A DNA stretch of 64,000 bases from a bacterium. Lineage in GTDB: Bacteria > SAR324 > NAC60-12. The notes under the pieces are model-generated. The model had not been told where the DNA came from. It saw nothing but the letters and a program-made list of their open reading frames with translations, and searched no databases. The position numbers were made by a program, and so were the translations under genes. Below, piece after piece: positions 61,341 through 64,000 of this stretch. Each line of letters opens with the position of its first letter. Positions within the stretch are counted from its first letter, which is position 1. The stretch is from contig CBDDTI010000746.1 in assembly GCA_965233585.1 (NCBI GenBank), positions 608,001 through 672,000 of the forward strand, written 5' to 3'.

Positions 61341-62483
61341 TCAGGAGTCAAGTTGCAAAAATTGAAACATTTGAGCAAGATGCCTTTCAAGAGTGAAATG
61401 TTGTTGATAATGCAAATAAGCGGCTTGGCTCATCTGTGTATATTTTTCAGGTGTTTGAATCAATGAATTAATGGCAGAAGCTATTGCATGAGGGTTTTGA
61501 TATGGCACAAGGACGCCTGTTTTGCCTTCTAACACCATGTCGGGAATTGCACCAGATTCAGTAGAAATGACAACAGAACCATGAGCCATCGCCTCAAGAA
61601 TCGCAAGAGGTTGTCCTTCATACTTTGTAGGCAACACCAAAACATGAGACTTTTTTAGTAGTGTCTCTTTGTCTTGCTTGGCAAGCATTCCTTCATACCT
61701 CACATCATTTTTTAAACCCAATTTTTTGATTCTTTCATAAAATTCTTTTTCTGCATGTTCTGCATTTTGAATGGTTTCATCAAATCTAGGTTCACTCAAA
61801 AACTCACCACAAAAATAACAAATGACTTGCAAACTATACTGATTGGATAAAATGCTGACACACTCCAAAACATCTAAATAACCTTTAAACTCAATCAAGT
61901 TAGAAAGATAGAGCAGCGAGATTGGTTGTTGTTTGGAAGATGGCAATGTTTTTGGTGTGAATTGAGAAGGCTCTACTGAACTTTTCACACCATTAGGCAC
62001 AACGCAAATTTTAGGTTTAAGCCGTTGTTCAAAGTCAAACATGCTTTGCAACGAATTGCCTAAAACTGCTATTTTGTCTAACTTTAGTAAGGTCTGCCTA
62101 ATCAAAAACTGCCAAACTTTGGATTGTTGCCTGTAAAAAGTATGATAATTCCCTCCGTGTAAATGCCCAACAATTTGACGCCTCATCAATGAAGCAATCC
62201 AAATGAACAGGCAATCTCTGATGAATCCTTGACGGGATTGAGCAATGGTCAAATACACCAGCGAGCAAGGTCGGCAGACACAAGATAGATATTTTGCCAA
62301 AATGTCAATGTATTCCAAAGCACGACTGAACTTGCTGATTTTTTGTGGATAAACCCGAGTAGAAAGATTGATGATTTTGTGAGGAATATGCTTGCTAGTC
62401 AGTGCATCAATGAGCATTTGGAAAGCAACCGATTGTCCATTGATGGGGGGAGGAACAGGACCAACCAAAATGAGTGGTTTCAT
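61341..62483 (-). CDS. Glycosyltransferase family 4
   Basis: GP.PPP..G, HLHGG, KG, EGQPLAILEAM. Confidence 0.92.
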   Translation of the reverse strand: MKPLILVGPVPPPINGQSVAFQMLIDALTSKHIPHKIINLSTRVYPQKISKFSRALEYIDILAKYLSCVCRPCSLVYLTIAQSRQGFIRDCLFIWIASLMRRQIVGHLHGGNYHTFYRQQSKVWQFLIRQTLLKLDKIAVLGNSLQSMFDFEQRLKPKICVVPNGVKSSVEPSQFTPKTLPSSKQQPISLLYLSNLIEFKGYLDVLECVSILSNQYSLQVICYFCGEFLSEPRFDETIQNAEHAEKEFYERIKKLGLKNDVRYEGMLAKQDKETLLKKSHVLVLPTKYEGQPLAILEAMAHGSVVISTESGAIPDMVLEGKTGVLVPYQNPHAIASAINSLIQTPEKYTQMSQAAYLHYQQHFTLERHLAQMFQFLQLDS

Positions 62484-62869
62484 TCTGGTTCTTGCTGCAA
62501 GATGTAGATGATTTCATCAGGACGAGCCATGCCTAGCTCTTTCCTTGCCATCGCTTCAATGACTTGGGGGTTTGTCCGAAGTGCCTGTGTTTCTGCATAA
62601 AGATTTTTGATTTGTTCCTTTAAATTCACAACCTCTTGTTCCAGCTGGATTCGTCTTGCATGCAGACGATGTTTTGCAAAAACACCATACTCCCCAAACA
62701 ACGCAACCAATGAAAAAATTCCTGAAACTAACAGAATCAACCATGTTGTAGATTTGACAGTTGTTTGAGAGTCTTCGTTGGCTTCAGGCGTTGGAGATAA
62801 GTGAGAAGGCTTTGGCTTGTTTTGGATTTGAGAGCTGAGCAAATCCAAGAATTTTGTGAGTCGTTTCAT
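62480..62869 (-). CDS. ftsB: Septum formation initiator FtsB/DivIC
   Basis: TM helix, coiled coil, IEAMARKELGMARPDE. Confidence 0.85.
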   Translation of the reverse strand: MKRLTKFLDLLSSQIQNKPKPSHLSPTPEANEDSQTTVKSTTWLILLVSGIFSLVALFGEYGVFAKHRLHARRIQLEQEVVNLKEQIKNLYAETQALRTNPQVIEAMARKELGMARPDEIIYILQQEPE

Positions 62870-64000
62870 AGAATGGATTCAATTTTTGTTCTGGAATCGT
62901 TGCTCATTGTTTCATAAATTTGGAACTCATCAATGACAGAACAACCCAAATCTTCTTCAAACTTCGCTTGATTAGGATTTGCTTTTTGGACTGAATCTTT
63001 TTGATTGCCGAGATTGGAAAGAAAAATGCCAGCCGCACTCACTGGTAGAAAATCCTCATAAATGATGGGGTCAAGGTGTAGCAACCCCTCTTCTTGAAGC
63101 TGCTGAAGTGTTGTGACATTTTTTGGAATTTCTGCACCCTCTTTTAAACGATACATGTAGTAAGCAAGACCTTGCTTGTGTAATTCCTCGTGGGAATCAG
63201 GAAATTCTAAAAATTCCTCTTTTAAGATGGCGTTATACTCTTGAGTATTTGAACCATCAGGCAATGGAGAGATTCGGCTTCTGACCTTATCAAGTAGTTG
63301 GTCGTACAAAAGCCTTCCTTTAGTGGTCAAAGCCACCCCACGTTGTTCAATTTCTCCAAAACGTGCTGTATGTTTTCCCTTGATATGAGATGACTCATGC
63401 CCCCAAAAAACCACAGATTCACTCAATGCTTTGAACGAAGTTTGTCGCAGCAAAATAGGACACTTCCTGAAAGGAGGACCTTCCACAACTGCTTTAGGTT
63501 CTATATGGTGTTGTAACATTTGCTCCTGACAAGCATCAATGTCCAACGTTCTAGGAGTGAGGTGATTGATATGCGGACCACGGAAAGCAACAATGTCTGC
63601 GATTAAGGGGTGGACACGATGAAGTTGCTCATAAGTTTCTTTAGTCGTCAGTGAGGTTTGATGCCACCGAAACGTTTCTAGTGCTTCATCTACAAATTCT
63701 AAACTTTCGGCTCTGGATAGTCCCCCTTGATTTTCTGCTTGTTCAATGAGTACCAACACTTTGGCAGTAAAAATAGAACGACCCTCTAAAATTCTTTGTG
63801 AATCTTCCCTTAAATCAACGTTTTCAATTAAATCTAAACGCAATAAAGAAGTAAACACACGGAAAGGATTTTTGGTTAACTCCTCGTGTGTGATGGGACG
63901 AAAGGCAGTAGAGTGAACAGGTAAACCTGCAACAGATAAATCATAGTAGCCAACAGGGTGCATTCCCATCACAGCAAACAATCTCTTAATGTTTCGTAGT
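62866..64000 (-). CDS. hglS: 2-oxoadipate dioxygenase/decarboxylase (YdcJ/DUF1338), 5' end outside window
   Basis: PVHSTAFRP, HINHLTPR, LLRQTSF, HTARFGEIEQRG, YEDFLPVSAAGIF. Confidence 0.92.
   Translation of the reverse strand, partial: LRNIKRLFAVMGMHPVGYYDLSVAGLPVHSTAFRPITHEELTKNPFRVFTSLLRLDLIENVDLREDSQRILEGRSIFTAKVLVLIEQAENQGGLSRAESLEFVDEALETFRWHQTSLTTKETYEQLHRVHPLIADIVAFRGPHINHLTPRTLDIDACQEQMLQHHIEPKAVVEGPPFRKCPILLRQTSFKALSESVVFWGHESSHIKGKHTARFGEIEQRGVALTTKGRLLYDQLLDKVRSRISPLPDGSNTQEYNAILKEEFLEFPDSHEELHKQGLAYYMYRLKEGAEIPKNVTTLQQLQEEGLLHLDPIIYEDFLPVSAAGIFLSNLGNQKDSVQKANPNQAKFEEDLGCSVIDEFQIYETMSNDSRTKIESIL

Overview
AT-rich bacterial chromosomal window. Gene content suggests a Gram-negative, deltaproteobacterial/SAR324-like organism, possibly host-associated (inference only). 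Housekeeping genes: U32 Fe-S protein, a divergent ftsZ paralogue, fliM, ccsA-like, recJ, sthA, envC-like, dnaG, dxs with an FNR/flavodoxin pair, pepN, htrA, hemW, ispF, ftsB, hglS. These surround four accessory blocks: (i) FN3/propeller lipoproteins at 2-5.5 kb; (ii) a surface-protein variability region at 25-38 kb; (iii) tRNA-Arg(CCT) followed by a cheW-cheW-MCP-cheR-cheD-PAS/CheA cluster; (iv) an AT-rich glycan-modification island at 48.4-54.3 kb. Block (ii) holds vapBC, a 1090-aa repeat lipoprotein whose 5' leader is a tandem pair of covarying two-hairpin RNA units, CGTC-type REP/REPIN arrays, two decayed IS1 elements, an FN3 protein whose C-terminal propeller appears to have displaced an RCC1 module, a PD-(D/E)XK gene and a beta-barrel protein. 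The strongest novelty candidates are the tandem structured leader at 26080-26270 and the C-terminal module swap at about 33100-34310. All calls are by eye; no searches were run.
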